Source: Chara braunii (Eukaryota > Plantae > Charophyceae). Taken from it: DNA of 64,000 bases. The first letter of the stretch is position 1, and every line of letters begins with the position of its first letter. The stretch lies in NCBI GenBank assembly GCA_003427395.1, contig BFEA01000001.1, positions 4,994,219-5,058,218 of the forward strand, in the 5' to 3' direction. The position numbers were made by a program, and so were the translations under genes. A model generated the notes under the pieces. That model did not search any database, was not told the DNA's origin, and saw nothing but the letters and a program-made list of their open reading frames with translations. Below, piece after piece: positions 61,913-64,000 of this stretch.

Positions 61913-62810
61913 GGTTCGGGTTGGGATCGGGGTTTGATCGGGGTTGGATCGGATCGAATTGAGGTCTGAGTGGGGTTGGGATATATTGGAGATAAGATCG
62001 AGTTGGGATCGGGATGGGGTAGAGAAAGGATGGGGTGAGTTCAGTTTGCGTTCGGGATAAGAACGGGGAGAGAGAGGAGTGGGGGTGAGGTGGGTGTGAT
62101 TCGAAGATGGGTTGGGATCGGGGTGTGATCAGGATTGGATCGGGTCGGACTGAGAATGGGATGGGGTTGGGATATACTCGAGGTAAGATCAGGTTGGGAT
62201 CTGGATGGGGAAGAGAAGGGATGGGGTGAGATCTGTTGGCGTTCGGGATGAGATCGAGGAGAGAGAGGAGTGGGAGTGAGGGGGGTGGGAGTGATTAGAT
62301 TGGAAGGATTTAACTATTTCTGCGTGACTTCTTGAATATTTTAGGCAGCATTTACCCTCCCCACTTGGGGAACGGATTTTACAACAAAAGGATTGAAAAG
62401 TTGAGGTACGAACCAGAATCAATGAAATATGGGGTGGCGATTACCTTCTTCCCTTGAGAATCAACAAGGGAGAGCGATGGGAGGAATGTATGCNGCAAGG
62501 AGGGCTACTTGGTAAGGAGGANAAAAGTTGAACAGCGTTTGCCTTCCCCCCTTGGGGGATCGGGTTACTCGCCGCGCTTAAGATGTGATACCAAGCAGGG
62601 ACGGGGGGTAATACGCATGAGAAAGAGAAGGGTGGGATGATACTTTTGTAGTCAATTCCTGTGTGGGAGAACAACCACGTCGGAATGGAGGGGGGGGATA
62701 GCGTAACAATTGCTGCGCGAGTGTTTGAAGAATTTGGGCAGCATTTACCCTCCCCACTTGGGGATCGGTTTTCTGAAAAGGAAGGATAGTACGTTATGTT
62801 ACGGACCAGA
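61913..62810. repeat. Duplications within LINE-E 5' region
   Basis: ~190-bp G-rich tandem pair (~61913-62300); GGCAGCATTTACCCTCCCCACTTGGGG repeated near 62344 and 62737. Confidence 0.8.
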
Positions 62811-63907
62811 GACACCGGGGTTTCGTTTACCCTCTCCACTTGAGAAACTGGTAGTTACCGGGACAGCAATGACCACTCAGATTTGAGGAAGGAGGAAACT
62901 TTGAAAACATAAATGGAGGGGATGGTTGGGTTGAAATGTAAACGTAATAGGACACAGTGGGAAAGGAGAGAAATTGAGATGAATGAAATCGCGACTATTT
63001 GCAGAGAACCATGTGTTGAGGGAGGAAGACAGGGTGGGGTTAGGCTGAGGTCGTAGAGGGAGAGGGTTAGGATCGGATTGGGGCCGCTATGGGGATCGAC
63101 GGTGGAGAAGGTGGGGGGGATCAGTTGGATGTGAAGTGGGTGTGATATGAGGAGGGGAGGGATTAGTCTGGGGGGAAGTTGGGGGAGAAAGAAAATTCAG
63201 TTGATAGTTGGGTTGCGAGCTGCGGATGTAGTGTGTAGGATTGAGGGGGAGATTGAAGTGGGGGGGGGGCAGAGGAGGGGGGTATTAGCGAAAGCAGAGC
63301 GGGTGTGCAACTAGGGGGAAGAAGGATGGTGCGGGTTGATCGAGGCTTGGGGGTTGGGAGGGGAGGCGAGGTGACGAGGCGTATCGCGGGCGCGGTGTGA
63401 TAGGGGGGTCATTCCATTGGAAGGCAAGACGATAGGTTAGAGCGAGCTTGGAGAGCAATGGGGGCGTTGAGTTCGATCTCACAGGATTCAATTTTGTGTG
63501 TGTACTGACGCTTCTCATCGCTTCCAGGGCCGCGCTTGGGATAACGATGCGACGAATGAATTCGAAGTCTTGAGAAAATTGAAGCTTCCTGAAGATGGAT
63601 TCTGGCCTTGTTCGTCGATGAAGGCCGTCGGACAGCGTTCCGGAGCGAGTTTAGAAGGAACCTTTCTTCGCGATAAGGGGGCCTCCGCGCGCTTGGTTCC
63701 CGTATCTGGCTATAGAGTGAACGATGCTCCCCGGTGAGGGGGAGGGCTCAGCGCGACGAAGGGGATGGGTTTGAATTTTCGAAGATGCAGTCGCGCGCGC
63801 AGCAGAGCTGCAGGCGATGGCGCAAAAGAATTAGCGCTTGTTTGCGCTAACCGTCCGGCGCGAGCGCTCAACATCAGTCCGAGCATCAGTCGCGTCCGTA
63901 CAGGCAC

Positions 63908-64000
63908 CGCGTCAGTCCGGTTCCTATCGCGTCAGTCCGGTCAGCAACAGTCCGCGTCAGTCGCGTCAGTCCGGTTCCTATTCCACCAGCAAGTCAAAAA
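63908..64000 (-). repeat. Reiterated junction sequence and start of another LINE 3'-terminal motif
   Basis: Four units beginning CGCGTCAGT at 63908, 63928, 63953, 63962; the last runs on as CCGGTTCCTATTCCACCAGCAAGTCA. Confidence 0.85.

Larger units (their letters stand above)
53158..63907 (-). mobile_element. LINE-E: near full-length (~10.7 kb) L1/Tx1-like LINE
   Basis: Poly(T) 53158-53166, ~0.9-kb 3' UTR, ORF2, ORF1, ~2.4-kb upstream region interpreted as 5' UTR. Confidence 0.92.

Overview
Repeat-dense eukaryotic nuclear DNA from a gapped draft assembly (8 N-gaps, two Nextera mate-pair junction adapters). The element types and microsatellite load suggest a streptophyte alga such as Chara; this is inference. 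Most of the window is nested transposable elements: four decayed minus-strand L1/Tx1-like LINEs (one near full length, 53.2-63.9 kb), LINE 3' tails, two tRNA-derived SINEs, a Ty3/gypsy chromodomain fragment, hAT transposase remnants and many MITEs or foldbacks (hAT, Tourist-like, CACTA-like, TTAA-target). The only recognisable host gene piece is an EF-hand exon of a CML21/22-like calmodulin-like gene. There is also a mitochondrial-type tRNA-fMet pseudogene. Main leads: (1) an ~80-nt structured 3'-terminal motif shared by three LINE tails, with a partial fourth copy at the 5' junction of the near full-length LINE amid reiterated short copies, suggesting LINE-into-LINE targeting and template jumping; (2) a TTAA-flanked ACCAC...GTGGT TIR family with a 7.7-kb composite member; (3) a 7-unit MITE/microsatellite array; (4) an unidentified, compact 5-kb pseudogene block with a 13-aa repeat. 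No prokaryotic system or CRISPR array is present.
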